This document shows, piece by piece, positions 1 to 9,645 of a stretch of 64,000 bases of DNA. The stretch comes from an uncultured Actinomycetes bacterium (GTDB lineage: Bacteria > Actinomycetota > Thermoleophilia > Gaiellales > Gaiellaceae). The notes beneath the pieces were generated by a model. The model was not told the DNA's origin, did no database searches, and worked only from the letters and a program-made list of their open reading frames with translations. Location of the stretch: assembly GCA_963841405.1 (NCBI GenBank), contig CAWJCM010000006.1, positions 852 to 64,851 on the forward strand. Direction: 5' to 3'. The translations under genes were made by a program, and so were the position numbers. Positions within the stretch are counted from its first letter, which is position 1; the number at the start of each line of letters is the position of its first letter.

Positions 1-581
1 ATCAGGCCGAGCCAGTCATGGCTGCGGTGGTTCGCCGAGCCAAGCCAGCTGCGCCGGTCTTGTGCCGAGGAGGCGAGGCCGGGGTCCGGATGGGTGTGCC
101 AATCGCCGAGTAGCGTCCAGCCCGCGCCACGGAAGTGGCGTTCCTCCGTCTCGAGCCGTTCGTCGTCCACTTCCACGGAGTTGCGCGTCCGGCGCGTGTT
201 GCGAGTCACGGTGCACCGCTCAACCACGAGTTCGCCGTCCGCGGCGAAGCCGAAGAGTCCGCCGGAAGCCTCGAGTCCGTCGCCGATCTCGTGGTACTCG
301 AGGAGATCTTCGTAGGCCCCGCGGGTGATGACGACGCGAACCCCGGCGCCGCCGTTCACTTTCGGCGTCGAGCGTGCGGATGCGCCCGACGTCGCGCGCG
401 AGCTCGATCGCGGCTCGCCGCCGTCCCTGATCGTCACCGAGCCCGGGCCCAGGGTGCGGCGGATCGCAAAGCCGCCGTGCCTGAATGCCTTTTGCAATGC
501 GCGAAGCTCGGCCTGGTCGCCGCGTTCGTGTGCGGCGCGGATCTCAGCCTTGATCTCGTCAACGTCCCGTACTGCCTTCAT
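1..581 (-). CDS. JAB/MPN (JAMM) metalloprotease-domain protein, partial; the 3' end runs off the window
   Basis: My own minus-strand translation from the ATG at 579-581 (GAAGGAG sits 6 nt upstream) stays open to position 1. It contains LEASGGLFG and GDWHTHPDPGLASSAQD, matching the H-x-H-x7-S-x2-D JAMM motif. It is absent from the ORF track because no stop lies in the window. Confidence 0.7.
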   Translation of the reverse strand, partial: MKAVRDVDEIKAEIRAAHERGDQAELRALQKAFRHGGFAIRRTLGPGSVTIRDGGEPRSSSRATSGASARSTPKVNGGAGVRVVITRGAYEDLLEYHEIGDGLEASGGLFGFAADGELVVERCTVTRNTRRTRNSVEVDDERLETEERHFRGAGWTLLGDWHTHPDPGLASSAQDRRSWLGSANHRSHDWLGL

Positions 582-813
582 GATCGCTCCTTCGGGTTGG
601 TCTCAGCCGCGGCGCCGGAATGGGGGGAGCAAGTTCGGAGTCCGAATCTTGCTCCCCCCATTCAGCCGCGCGCAGATGCTCGCGGATCGCCTGCCTGATC
701 TCTGCGGAGCGGGATCGGTCGGCGGCGGCGGCTTGACGGTCGAGCCGGTCGGCGAGCTCCTGCTCGATCCAGGCGCCGACGAGCCGGCGGTCTTTCTCAC
801 ACATTGAATCCAT
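559..813 (-). CDS. ribbon-helix-helix (CopG/MetJ-like) DNA-binding protein
   Basis: The 84-aa ORF contains KDRRLVGAWIEQELADRLDRQAAAADRSRSAEIRQAIREHL, a typical beta-strand plus two helices RHH pattern. Its 3' end overlaps the JAB start by 23 nt. The C-terminal tail is encoded by the 618-663 palindrome. Confidence 0.55.
   Translation of the reverse strand: MDSMCEKDRRLVGAWIEQELADRLDRQAAAADRSRSAEIRQAIREHLRAAEWGEQDSDSELAPPIPAPRLRPTRRSDHEGSTGR
618..663. repeat. 46-nt near-perfect palindrome (22-bp hairpin with one bulge)
   Basis: GAATGGGGGGAGCAAG-TTCGGA-g-TCCGAA-t-CTTGCTCCCCCCATTC. The outer 16 bp are perfect and the inner 6 bp are perfect. Confidence 0.9.
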
Positions 814-884
814 GCGTACAGACTAACAAAATGAACGGATCGCAATACCTAGAGCATGTTGAATATAGGCGTAGACTCCGGAGC
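790..884. promoter_or_regulatory. AT-rich divergent intergenic region, candidate promoters
   Basis: GC content drops locally (ttgaatccatgcgtacagactaacaaaatgaacgg...gttgaatataggcgtagact) between the minus-strand RHH start (813) and plus-strand ORFs. No precise -10/-35 assignment is possible. Confidence 0.25.
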
Positions 885-1178
885 GTGGCGCAATCAGCGC
901 AGCGGCGCCGGGCTGACCGCCTCGGCGTCGATCAGGCCCGGTTGAGACCTCACCTCCGCGACCGTGCCGGCTCGGTAAATGTCCGAGCTCCGGACATTGA
1001 CCCGGAGGCGGGAATCGACACGACCGCGCCGCGGTGGAAGACGCCGGCCGGTGACGACCGGCAGCGGCTCAGGGGGTTGCCGTGTATCGCCAGGGAAGTG
1101 ACCGGCGCGCAGCCCGGATCGGATCCGGTGCTCGAGCTGCTCCGCAAGGAGGCACGCCAGGAGCGGCGCCGGGGGTGA
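885..1178 (+). CDS. hypothetical protein (weak call)
   Basis: GTG at 885 lies in the frame of track ORF 804-1178. The third codon position is strongly G/C. Its stop overlaps the next GTG start as GTGA (1175-1178), suggesting translational coupling. No recognisable domain. Confidence 0.25.
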   Translation: MAQSAQRRRADRLGVDQARLRPHLRDRAGSVNVRAPDIDPEAGIDTTAPRWKTPAGDDRQRLRGLPCIAREVTGAQPGSDPVLELLRKEARQERRRG

Positions 1179-1399
1179 CGGTCGAGGCGCCCGTGCTCGT
1201 CGAGTGCGCGAGCTGCGGCGTCGACTTCGACCTATCCGCCCGGAACGCTCGGGAGCACCGCAGGTCCGGCGCCCCGCACATCTGCTGGACGTGCCGGCAC
1301 CCACCGCCGCCGCCCGACCCGGCTCGGGTCGAGTCGTTGCGCGAGTGGTGGCTTGCCCGCTTCACGCTCGAGGAGCTCCAGTCGTGGCCGCCGCTCTAG
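1175..1399 (+). CDS. hypothetical small protein with two CxxC pairs (zinc-ribbon-like)
   Basis: This is the C-terminal part of track ORF 1082-1399, VTVEAPVLVECASCGVDFDL...HICWTCRHPPPPPDPARVESLREWWLARFTLEELQSW. The GTG start is inferred. Confidence 0.4.
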   Translation: MTVEAPVLVECASCGVDFDLSARNAREHRRSGAPHICWTCRHPPPPPDPARVESLREWWLARFTLEELQSWPPL

Positions 1400-1580
1400 T
1401 CGTCGAACCTGATGAACCTGTCTGGGTTGCACCCGGCGCGAGCTCGCGCCGATCGCGATTCTCGTTCGCCAGTCGTTCGCCAGTCCCACACGAAAACGGC
1501 GGACTAACACGGACGACGACGGACACGCCGCACGTCCCGCAAAGCCGCTTCGTTACTGAGTTTGCGGGCCGTTGAGCCAT

Positions 1581-1643
<63 letters not shown>

Positions 1644-1653
<10 letters not shown>

Positions 1654-2483
1654 CGGTTCGAGCGGCCAGTGTATCGGCGCCGGCCGTTGACTTCCGGCGC
1701 CGGCCAGAGCACCGGGAAGAGCTCGTGCTCCATCGGCACGTCGGCGGGCAGCTCGTCCGCGAGGCCGGGAAACTCCGGCGACGTCTTCCACGGCCGCGGG
1801 ACGTGCGTCGCATCGTCGCCGAGGAAGCGCACCGAGTATGCCCGCCGCCGACTCGTCGCGCCGCCGGCGGCGTGCAACGTGAGCATGTGGAAGAACACCG
1901 CGTCGCCGGGCTCGAGCTCCCAGGCGAGGATCTCGAAGGCGTTGCGGCCGGCCTCGATGTCCGGCAGTTCCTCGAGGCTGCCCTCCGGAAACCACCTGGC
2001 CTCCTCGTCCATGAACGTCCGCGGCATCAGCCAGGGGCCGCGGTGCGAGCCGGCGACGAACTCGACCGTCGACTCGCGGTCGACCGGGTCGACCGGCATC
2101 CACAGCGAGCAGTTGTCGAAGCCGCCGATGTTGTAGTACGGCTGATCCTGGTGCCAGGGCGTGCGTTGCCGCGTCCCGGGCTCCTTGACCAGCAGGTGGT
2201 CGTGGTAGAGCCGAACCTGCCGCGAGCCCATCAGCTCTCCGGCGATCGCGGCCGCGGGTGATTCGCGGACGAACCGCTCGAACTCGCGGATCCGCTGCCA
2301 GTTGCAGAAGTCCTCGAAGAAGAGGCCGGGGTCGTCCGGCCGGCTGGCGACGTTCGCCCGCTCGCTGGGCTCGGCCAGGTTCCGCTCGATGCCCCGTTCG
2401 ACGAGCGCGATCTCCCCGGCCGAGAACGCGCCCCGGACGCAGACGGCGCCGTCGCGCCGGAAGTCCTCGTGCAGCCCGGTCAC
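1644..2483 (-). CDS. phytanoyl-CoA dioxygenase (PhyH) family Fe(II)/2-oxoglutarate oxygenase
   Basis: The 279-aa ORF shows the PhyH-like pattern (RTPWHQDQPYY...SLWMPVDPV...VEFVAGSH...GDAVFFHMLTLH). Its GTG start overlaps the upstream stop as GTGA. The last 10 nt overlap tRNA-Trp. Confidence 0.75.
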
Positions 2484-4009
2484 GGCGAGCCGATCGCCTG
2501 CGGGAAGCGGAAGAGCCGGTCAGGGTCGTACTTGTGCTTGACCGCCACGAGTCGAGCGTAGTTGGAGCCGTAGTACGCGCTCTGCCAGTGCTCCAGGTCG
2601 GGGTCGGCGTAGTTGACGTACGCACCGCCGGTGACGTACGGACGCATCGATCCGTGCTGGGAACGCAGCCAGGCGAGGGACGGCGCCTGGTGCTGCGGCG
2701 CGCCCCAGGTGGAGAAGTACTGCATCGAGTGCAGCGGCCTGCGGTGCACGAAGGCGGTCGCGTCGGGGTCGACCCGCGCGATCGCGCCGCCGTAGGAGTC
2801 CATGATCACCGCGCCGGAGCCGTGGCCGGCGTGCTGGCGGGTCTCGAGCCCCCGCTGGAGTGTCCGCACGGCGGCGGCCGGGAAGGGCTTCTTGACGTAG
2901 TCCGACTTGCCGGCGAACGCCGCCCGCGCGAGCGTCCCGTGCTCTGCGACCAGATGACAGGCGGACGACGACCGCCCGAGGCAACCGGCCCAGCGCAGCA
3001 TCAGGTCGAGGTAGGTGGACGTGCCGCTCGAGTAGCGGATCGGCGGCGACACCGTCGTCAGCGGCGCGAGCAGCCCCGCCAGGTGCTGCTCGGCGCCGAG
3101 GTACTGGCCGAAGATCTGCAGCGTGGGGCCGGTCGGCCCGGTCGAGAGGCGGCACAGCGTCATCAGGCCGTCGGTGGCGTTCGGCGCCCAGCGCTGCCAG
3201 GCGGGAATGATCGTGGGGCCGGCCGACCACGGCCAGGTGGCGAAGAAGTAGGAGGCGTTGCCGGCGGGCGTCGCCTGCAGCCGGAAGTCGGTGACGATCC
3301 CGAAGTTGCGGCCGCCGCCGCCGCGGCAGGCCCAGAAAAGGTCGGCGTTGTGCCGCTCGTCGCAGGTGAGCAGGCGCCCGTCGGCGGTCACGATCCGCAG
3401 CGACCGGACGGCGTCGGCGGTCGTGCCGAGCTTCCTCGACGCGAGGCCGATGCCGCCGCCGAGGGCGAGCCCGCCGAGCGCGACGGTCGCGCACGATCCC
3501 GCCGGGATGGTCAGGCCCTTGCCGGCGAGCGGCGCATAGACGTCGATCAGCCTGCGCCCCGCGCCGACGACCGCGCTCGTTCCCTCGACGCGGATGCCGC
3601 GCAGCCTGCCCAGGTCGACGACGACACCCGTGCCCGTCGACCAGCCGGCGTAGCTGTGCCCACCCGAGCGGGGGACGATCGCGATGCCGTTCCGCTGTGC
3701 CCAGCCGATCACCGCCTGAACGTCCTGCACGTCGTTCACGCGCACGACCGCGAGCGGACGGACGCCGTCGAAGCGTTCGTTGTAGACGAGCCGAGCGGCA
3801 CCGTAGCCGGGGGCGCCCGGCGCGAGCACGGGGCCGGAGACGAGGCGGGCGAGCTCGGCGACCCGCGGGTCCGGGCCGGCGGCGAAGGCGTCAGCGAGCC
3901 GTCCGAGCGCGCTCCCGGCTGCAACCGCGCCGGCGGCGGCGGCGAGCAGCTCACGGCGGTCGAAGGTGCGCACGTCCCCAGCTTGCCCGACGCGCACCGC
4001 GGATACCAT
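2480..4009 (-). CDS. FAD-binding (FAD-linked oxidase / BBE-like) oxidoreductase with a twin-arginine signal
   Basis: The 509-aa ORF carries the TAT motif FDRRELLAAAAGAVAAGSALG and the FAD-binding PCMH pattern IVPRSGGHSYAGWS. An alternative GTG start at 3973 would leave a more plausible divergent intergenic gap. Confidence 0.8.
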   Translation of the reverse strand: MVSAVRVGQAGDVRTFDRRELLAAAAGAVAAGSALGRLADAFAAGPDPRVAELARLVSGPVLAPGAPGYGAARLVYNERFDGVRPLAVVRVNDVQDVQAVIGWAQRNGIAIVPRSGGHSYAGWSTGTGVVVDLGRLRGIRVEGTSAVVGAGRRLIDVYAPLAGKGLTIPAGSCATVALGGLALGGGIGLASRKLGTTADAVRSLRIVTADGRLLTCDERHNADLFWACRGGGGRNFGIVTDFRLQATPAGNASYFFATWPWSAGPTIIPAWQRWAPNATDGLMTLCRLSTGPTGPTLQIFGQYLGAEQHLAGLLAPLTTVSPPIRYSSGTSTYLDLMLRWAGCLGRSSSACHLVAEHGTLARAAFAGKSDYVKKPFPAAAVRTLQRGLETRQHAGHGSGAVIMDSYGGAIARVDPDATAFVHRRPLHSMQYFSTWGAPQHQAPSLAWLRSQHGSMRPYVTGGAYVNYADPDLEHWQSAYYGSNYARLVAVKHKYDPDRLFRFPQAIGSP

Positions 4010-4017
4010 GCCCGTCG

Positions 4018-4440
4018 ATGCTCCTCTACCTCATCCCGCTGTTCGTCCTCGGCTTCCTGCTGCTGCTCTTCGGCACGCTGGTGGTGCTCTCGCGGTTCCG
4101 GGGCGGCAAGTACCTGCGTCCGATCGTCGCCTTCGCAGCGAAGGTGCCGATCCTCAAGCGGCTGATCGAGAAGGCATCGGAGACCGCGATCGAGCGCTAC
4201 AACCCCGAGTTGAGCTCGGCGATGAAGAAGCTCAAGCGGGCCGGCGCCGACCGCGACCCGAGCCAGGCGCAGCGGGCGCTGAGCACGCTGACCGCGGACG
4301 AGCGCAAGGCGTGGATGGAGGCGATGGGGCAGCAGGGCGGGCCCGACCAGAAGCCGGCGAACCGCGAACAGCGGCGGGCGATGGAGCGCATGCAGAAGGG
4401 CCGCATGCCTGCGCCACAGCAGAAGCGGCGCGCCAAGTAA
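4018..4440 (+). CDS. small membrane-anchored hypothetical protein
   Basis: ATG at 4018 lies inside track ORF 3697-4440. It reads MLLYLIPLFVLGFLLLLFGTLVVL (one TM helix) followed by a charged helical tail. Confidence 0.55.
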   Translation: MLLYLIPLFVLGFLLLLFGTLVVLSRFRGGKYLRPIVAFAAKVPILKRLIEKASETAIERYNPELSSAMKKLKRAGADRDPSQAQRALSTLTADERKAWMEAMGQQGGPDQKPANREQRRAMERMQKGRMPAPQQKRRAK

Positions 4441-4471
4441 GAAAGCGCGGTGGGGCCGGAGGCAGAAGGGC

Positions 4472-6238
4472 CTACGAGCTCACGATCGGCGAGACCAGCT
4501 CGAATGTCGTCGCGTCGACCAGCCCGCGGTTCGTCAGCCGCAGCGCGGGGATCACGCCCAGCGAGAGGAACGAGAAGATCATCGTCGGGTTCGCGACGGT
4601 CGAGCCCAGGCTGCGGTAAGCGTCCTCGAGCGCGAGCGTCTGCCGGGCGAGCTCGGCGACGGGGCGGTCGCTGATCAGCCCGGCGATCGGCAACTCGACC
4701 AGGCCGAGCACCTCGCCGCCGGCGACCGCGACCATTCCGCCACCCGCCTCGACCAGGCGATCGACTGCGAAGAGCATGTCGTCGTCGCTCATGCCCGCGA
4801 CGAGCAGGTTGTGATTGTCGTGGGCGATCGTGCTGGCGACCGCGCCGCGACGGAGACCGAGGCCGTGGACGAAGCCGAGCCCGACCGTCCCCGACCCCCC
4901 GTGGCGCTCGATGCTCGCGAGCTTCGCGACGTCGGCCTCGACGGAAGCGCGGATCTCGCCGCCGCTGAGGGGCAGCTCGACGGTCAGGTGCTCGGTCGTG
5001 ACGCGGTCGGAGGCAACCCCGATCGCGCGCACCGTCGCGACCTCGCCCGTCGCCTCGACTCGGAAGTCCGCCCCGGTCAGCGGACGGGCAATCCTGATCG
5101 ACTCGTACGCCTCGGCCGGGTACGCGAATGCCGGCAGCTCCCCCGGCTCGCGACCGTCGGCGAGGACGCGGTGCGGGCGAAAGTCTCCGAGGTGCTCGAC
5201 GAACAGGATGTCGGCGAGCCGGCCGGGCGCGATCGAGCCGAGGTCGTGCCGCATGCCGAAGTACTCGGCGCCGTTCACCGTCGCCATCTGGATCGCGACC
5301 AGCGGATCGATGCCGGCCTCGAGCGCTCGGCGCACGACGCGGTCCATGTGCCCGTCGGCGGCGATCGTGTCCGGCAGGACGTCGTCGGTGACGAGCAGGC
5401 AGTGCCGCGGGTCGACTCCGTCCTCGGTGAGCACGGCGGCGAGCGCCTCGACGTCGCGGAACGTCGAACCTTCGCGGAACTGCACCCACATCCCGGCGCG
5501 GAGCTTCGCGAGCGCGTCCTCTCGCGAGGTGGTCTCGTGGCACGAGTCGATGCCGGCGGCGATGTACGCCTGCAACCGGTGGTCGCGGACGCCGGCCAGG
5601 CTCCAGTGGCCGGTGACCGGTTTGCCGCGCTCGAGCGTGGCCGCGATCTCCGCATGGATGCTTGCGTCTCCGTCGATCACGCCGGGCATGTTCATCATCT
5701 CGCCCAGCCCCGCGACCCCTTCCCACCCGAGCGCCTCCCGGATCTCGTCGGGCCCGAGCTCTGCCCCCGCGTCCTCGAACCCCGGCAGCGCAGGCACGCA
5801 GGACGGCACCGCGAGGAACACCTTCAACGGCAGCTCCCTCCCCTCCTCGAGCATCCAGCGCATCCCTTGGAGCCCGAAGACGTTCGCCATCTCGTGGTTG
5901 TCGATGAACGCGGTGGTCGTGCCGTGCGGGAGCACCGCCTCGGCGAAGCGCGTGACCGTGACCATCACCGACTCGACGTGCAGGTGCGTGTCGATCAGGC
6001 CCGGGACGAGGTAGGCGCCTTCTGCGTCGATCGTCTCCGTCTCCGGGCCGACGGTGTGCCCGACGTCGCCGAACATCGCGACGCGGCCGTGGGCGACCGC
6101 CACGTCTGCACCGTCGAGGATCTCGCGCGTGTGCACGATCACGAGCCTGCCGCCGCGGACGACCAGGTCGGCGGGCCGCCGCCCCATGCAGACGTCGGTC
6201 AGGTCGCGCGTGAGCTCGGAAAGCGGACGGCGCGCCAT
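4472..6238 (-). CDS. ade: adenine deaminase (amidohydrolase superfamily)
   Basis: The 588-aa ORF contains GLIDTHLHVES, GTTTAFIDNHE, GLGEMMNMPGV and HWSLAG...CHETT, typical of Ade. Confidence 0.85.
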   Translation of the reverse strand: MARRPLSELTRDLTDVCMGRRPADLVVRGGRLVIVHTREILDGADVAVAHGRVAMFGDVGHTVGPETETIDAEGAYLVPGLIDTHLHVESVMVTVTRFAEAVLPHGTTTAFIDNHEMANVFGLQGMRWMLEEGRELPLKVFLAVPSCVPALPGFEDAGAELGPDEIREALGWEGVAGLGEMMNMPGVIDGDASIHAEIAATLERGKPVTGHWSLAGVRDHRLQAYIAAGIDSCHETTSREDALAKLRAGMWVQFREGSTFRDVEALAAVLTEDGVDPRHCLLVTDDVLPDTIAADGHMDRVVRRALEAGIDPLVAIQMATVNGAEYFGMRHDLGSIAPGRLADILFVEHLGDFRPHRVLADGREPGELPAFAYPAEAYESIRIARPLTGADFRVEATGEVATVRAIGVASDRVTTEHLTVELPLSGGEIRASVEADVAKLASIERHGGSGTVGLGFVHGLGLRRGAVASTIAHDNHNLLVAGMSDDDMLFAVDRLVEAGGGMVAVAGGEVLGLVELPIAGLISDRPVAELARQTLALEDAYRSLGSTVANPTMIFSFLSLGVIPALRLTNRGLVDATTFELVSPIVSS

Positions 6239-6463
6239 CGCAGGATCGTAGTGACGGAGCCCTGACAGGCGACGGTGGAGACGTTAGGCTGTCGCCGCGC
6301 TGCGGCCGCGAGGACGCACCGGTTCTGCCGGTGCGCGGACGCACGCAAGGGCCGGTGCGGGTCTGCTTCTGCCTCTCCCAGCAGTCCGCACCGGCTTTCT
6401 CTGTATCGGCAACGAAGGCGGAAAGCTGAGTGACGGCAGACGGGTGGTCTAGGCTCCCGGACC

Positions 6464-8023
6464 ATGCTGCTCACCTCGCAGGTGGAGCGCGACAGCGGCC
6501 TCTTTGCGCGGCGGCGCGACCGGATGGCGGGCCTCGTCGCAGAGCTGCGCGAGCGCACCGCACAGGTCGCGGCCGGCGGCGGAGAGCAGTCGGTGGACCG
6601 GCATCGCTCGCGCGGGAAGCTCACGGCCCGCGAGCGCATCGACCTCCTGGTCGACCCGGACAGCGCCTTTCTCGAGCTCTCCGCATTGGCCGCCTGGGAC
6701 GTGTACGACGGCCAGGCGCCGTCGGCCGGAATCGTCACCGGCGTCGGGATCGTCGAGGGCCGCGAGTGCGTGGTCGTCGCCAACGACGCGACCGTGAAGG
6801 GCGGCACGTACTTCCCGCTGACCGTGAAGAAGCACCTGCGCGCGCAGGAGATCGCCGAGCAGAACCGGCTGCCGTGCCTGTACCTGGTCGACTCGGGCGG
6901 GGCCTTCCTGCCGCTGCAGGCTGAGGTCTTCCCCGACCGCGAGCACTTCGGGCGGATCTTCTTCAACCAGGCGCGGATGTCGGCCAAGGGGATCGCCCAG
7001 ATCGCCGTCGTCATGGGCTCCTGCACGGCCGGCGGCGCCTACGTGCCGGCGATGTCGGACGAGACGGTGATCGTCCGCGGGACGGGCACCATCTTCATCG
7101 GCGGCCCGCCGCTGGTGAAGGCGGCGACCGGCCAGGAGGTGACGCCCGAGGAGCTCGGCGGCGCCGACGTGCACACACGGCAGTCGGGCGTCGCCGACCA
7201 CTACGCGACGAGCGACGAGCACGCGCTCGCGATCGCGCGGTCGATCGTGCGGAACCTGGCCCGGAGGAAGCCCGAGCCGCCCTGGGAAGCCGCCGCCCCC
7301 GATGCCCCGGCGGTCGATCCCGCGGACCTCTACGGCCTCATCCCGGAGAGCTTCCGCGAGCAGGTCGACGTCCGCGAGATCGTCGCGAGGCTCGTCGACG
7401 GCAGCCGCTTCCACGAGTTCAAGGCGCTGTACGGCGAGACGCTCGTCTGCGGCTTCGGCCGGATCGAGGGCTTCCCCGTCGGGATCCTCGCCTCGAACGG
7501 CGTCCTCTTCGCCGAGTCGTCCCAGAAGGGCGCGCACTTCGTCGAGCTCGCCTGCAAGCGCAGGGTGCCGCTCGTCTTCCTCCAGAACATCACCGGCTTC
7601 ATGGTCGGCAAGGAGTACGAAGCCGGCGGCATCGCCCGCGACGGCGCCAAGCTGGTGACGGCGGTCGCCTGTGCCGAGGTGCCGAAGTTCACGGTCGTGA
7701 TCGGCGGCTCGTTCGGGGCGGGCAACTACGGGATGTGCGGCCGGGCGTACTCGCCGCGACAGCTCTGGATGTGGCCGAACGCGCGCATCTCGGTGATGGG
7801 CGGCGAGCAGGCCGCGACCGTCCTGACGATGGTCGGCGACGCCGACCCCGGCGAGATCACCTCGAAATACGAGCAGGAGGGCAGCCCGTACTACTCGAGC
7901 GCACGGCTCTGGGACGACGGGATCATCGACCCGTTCGACACGCGCCGCGTGCTCGCGCTCGGCATCTCCGCAGCGCTGAACGCGCCGATCCCGGAGACGA
8001 CCTTCGGCGTCTTCCGGATGTAG
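6464..8023 (+). CDS. acyl-CoA carboxylase carboxyltransferase (beta) subunit, methylcrotonyl-CoA carboxylase type
   Basis: The 519-aa ORF contains [40 protein letters not shown] and [17 protein letters not shown]. Its context includes a biotin carboxylase, an enoyl-CoA hydratase and an acyl-CoA dehydrogenase. Confidence 0.85.
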   Translation: MLLTSQVERDSGLFARRRDRMAGLVAELRERTAQVAAGGGEQSVDRHRSRGKLTARERIDLLVDPDSAFLELSALAAWDVYDGQAPSAGIVTGVGIVEGRECVVVANDATVKGGTYFPLTVKKHLRAQEIAEQNRLPCLYLVDSGGAFLPLQAEVFPDREHFGRIFFNQARMSAKGIAQIAVVMGSCTAGGAYVPAMSDETVIVRGTGTIFIGGPPLVKAATGQEVTPEELGGADVHTRQSGVADHYATSDEHALAIARSIVRNLARRKPEPPWEAAAPDAPAVDPADLYGLIPESFREQVDVREIVARLVDGSRFHEFKALYGETLVCGFGRIEGFPVGILASNGVLFAESSQKGAHFVELACKRRVPLVFLQNITGFMVGKEYEAGGIARDGAKLVTAVACAEVPKFTVVIGGSFGAGNYGMCGRAYSPRQLWMWPNARISVMGGEQAATVLTMVGDADPGEITSKYEQEGSPYYSSARLWDDGIIDPFDTRRVLALGISAALNAPIPETTFGVFRM

Positions 8024-8089
8024 CCCCGGCGGGCGACGCCCGTCCGTTGCAGCCATTACGATCCCGCCACCCTGACAAGGAGGTTGTTC

Positions 8090-8662
8090 GTGAAAGGCAG
8101 GATCCCCAGGCCGTCACCGGCCATGGTCGTTGCGTGTCTCGCCCTGACGGTTGCACTCGGCGGAGGAAGCTATGCCGCAACTTCGAGCAGCGCCGTACCG
8201 CAGAAGGCGAATGCGAACGCCGTCAAGTCGAGCACGCAGGCAGGCCCGAGAGGCCCCAGAGGCTTCAGGGGGCCCAGAGGCTTCAGAGGCCTGAGGGGGC
8301 TCAGAGGCTTGCCCGGCCCGGTAGGCTTGCCCGGCCCGGCAGGCCCCGCTGGCCCGGCGGGCGCGAAGGGCGAAAAGGGCGACTCGGCCAGCGCGCTCTG
8401 GGCTTTGATCGACAGCAACGGCACGCTCATCCGCAACAAGGGTGTCACGTCGGCCCAGAAGCTCGGAACCGGTTCGTATCAGGTGATCTTCAACCAGGCC
8501 GTGACGAACTGCAGCTCCCTCGCGACACTGTACGGATCGTCCGGTGAGGTGGCGTCAACTCCGGACATCCTCGGAGTCGTTGCCGGCCGGGTGAATGTGA
8601 ACACTTTCAGCAGCGCCGGAGCGGCCACCGACAAGGTGTTCCAGGTGGCCGTCTTCTGCTGA
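8090..8662 (+). CDS. secreted collagen-like triple-helix repeat protein
   Basis: GTG at 8090 sits 6 nt after AAGGAGG (8077-8083); the track starts at TTG 8084. There is an N-terminal hydrophobic signal, then about 16 uninterrupted G-X-Y triplets (GPRGPRGFRGPRGFRGLRGLRGLPGPVGLPGPAGPAGPAGAKGEKGD), then a globular C-terminal domain. Confidence 0.75.
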   Translation: MKGRIPRPSPAMVVACLALTVALGGGSYAATSSSAVPQKANANAVKSSTQAGPRGPRGFRGPRGFRGLRGLRGLPGPVGLPGPAGPAGPAGAKGEKGDSASALWALIDSNGTLIRNKGVTSAQKLGTGSYQVIFNQAVTNCSSLATLYGSSGEVASTPDILGVVAGRVNVNTFSSAGAATDKVFQVAVFC

Positions 8663-8670
8663 TCGACCCA

Positions 8671-8699
8671 TTGGGGCCCGCCCTCACGGCGGGCCCCAA
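8671..8699 (+). terminator. GC-rich hairpin downstream of the collagen-like gene
   Basis: TTGGGGCCCGCC-ctcac-GGCGGGCCCCAA forms a perfect 12-bp stem. No U tract follows. Confidence 0.5.
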
Positions 8700-8734
8700 C
8701 CACTCCGGCGGGACCGCTGCGTAGAGTTCCGCGC

Positions 8735-8875
8735 ATGCACACGATCGAAGTCTCCGACGAGGAGCTGCGCCTCCTCCAGAACGCCCTGCACGCCTACCTC
8801 GACGACTTCGGGCACGAGGAGGCCGACGTGCTCCGCGAGGTCAAGGCGCTGATCGCGAAGCTCAGCCGCGAATGA
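8735..8875 (+). CDS. small hypothetical protein (46 aa)
   Basis: My own translation reads MHTIEVSDEELRLLQNALHAYLDDFGHEEADVLREVKALIAKLSRE. Its stop overlaps the next start as ATGA. It is below the track length cutoff. Confidence 0.4.
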   Translation: MHTIEVSDEELRLLQNALHAYLDDFGHEEADVLREVKALIAKLSRE

Positions 8876-9639
8876 GCGCCCTCCGCGTTGAGCGCGACGG
8901 GGGCATCCTCCGCATCACGCTCGCGCGTCCGGAGCGGCGGAACGCGTTCGACGCAGAGCTGATCCGGGAACTGGGCGAGGCGTTCGCCGAGGTCGGCAAC
9001 GCCCGCGCGGTCGTGCTCGGCGGCGACGGCCCGAGCTTCTGCGCCGGCGCCGACGTCGAGTGGCAACGGGCATCGATCGACCTGACCTACGAGGACAACG
9101 TCGAGGACTATCGGCGTCTCTACCGGATGCTCCAGGCGATCGACCGCTGCCCCGCGCCGGTGGTGGCGCGGGTCCACGGATTCGCGCTGGGCGGCGGCGC
9201 GGGGCTGGCTGCCTGCGCGGACATCGCCGTTGCCGCCGAGGACGCGGTCTTCGGCTTCTCCGAGGTCCGGCTCGGGATCATTCCCGGCGTGATCTCGCCG
9301 ATGGTGATCGCGAAGATCGGCCCGGCGGCGGCGCGACGGTACTTCCTCACCGGCGAGCACTTCGACGCCCGCACGGCGCTGCGGATCGGGCTGGTCGACG
9401 AGGTCGCGGCCGACGCCGACGAGGCGGTCGATCGGGTCGTCGACGGCATCCTCGCCGGCGGCCCGAGCGCAGTCCGCGAGGCCAAGCGGCTCGTGCTAGA
9501 GCCCGGCGATGAGGACGACCTGCTCGCCCGCGCCGCGGAACGGCGCGCGAGCCCGGAGGGCCAGGAGGGGCTGCGGGCCTTTCTCGGCTCGCGGGGTGGT
9601 GAGAGGGTCCATCCCTCGTGGCACCCCGAGCACGGTTAG
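8872..9639 (+). CDS. enoyl-CoA hydratase/isomerase family (methylglutaconyl-CoA hydratase-like)
   Basis: The 255-aa ORF shows the crotonase fold pattern RPERRNAF...FCAGADV...VHGFALGGGAGLAACADI. Confidence 0.85.
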   Translation: MSALRVERDGGILRITLARPERRNAFDAELIRELGEAFAEVGNARAVVLGGDGPSFCAGADVEWQRASIDLTYEDNVEDYRRLYRMLQAIDRCPAPVVARVHGFALGGGAGLAACADIAVAAEDAVFGFSEVRLGIIPGVISPMVIAKIGPAAARRYFLTGEHFDARTALRIGLVDEVAADADEAVDRVVDGILAGGPSAVREAKRLVLEPGDEDDLLARAAERRASPEGQEGLRAFLGSRGGERVHPSWHPEHG

Positions 9640-9645
9640 CGCTCG

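Noticed and set aside
2258-4165. Very long ORFs in the track that lie antisense to, or out of frame with, recognisable genes. Examples: 2258-4165 +, 4197-6344 -, 9967-12186 -, 15784-18426 -, 22450-24837 +, 31843-34047 +, 38171-39529 -, 59261-60907 -, 60055-61593 +.
   Set aside because: Their translations are Arg/Pro/Ala/Gly-rich low-complexity strings with no domain patterns. Each overlaps a gene with clear family motifs on the other strand or frame. Stop-codon-poor alternative frames are expected at about 70% GC.
6239-6463. A purine riboswitch or other leader element upstream of adenine deaminase.
   Set aside because: The reverse complement of the 5' leader lacks the conserved purine-riboswitch junction and loop sequences. 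Only short GC hairpins (GCACCGG repeats) are present.
8200-8400. Treating the short periodic DNA repeats around 8240-8370 as a CRISPR or minisatellite array.
   Set aside because: The periodicity is 9 nt and multiples, caused by G-X-Y collagen-like codons within an ORF. There are no spacer-repeat units, and no CRISPR array was seen anywhere in the window.
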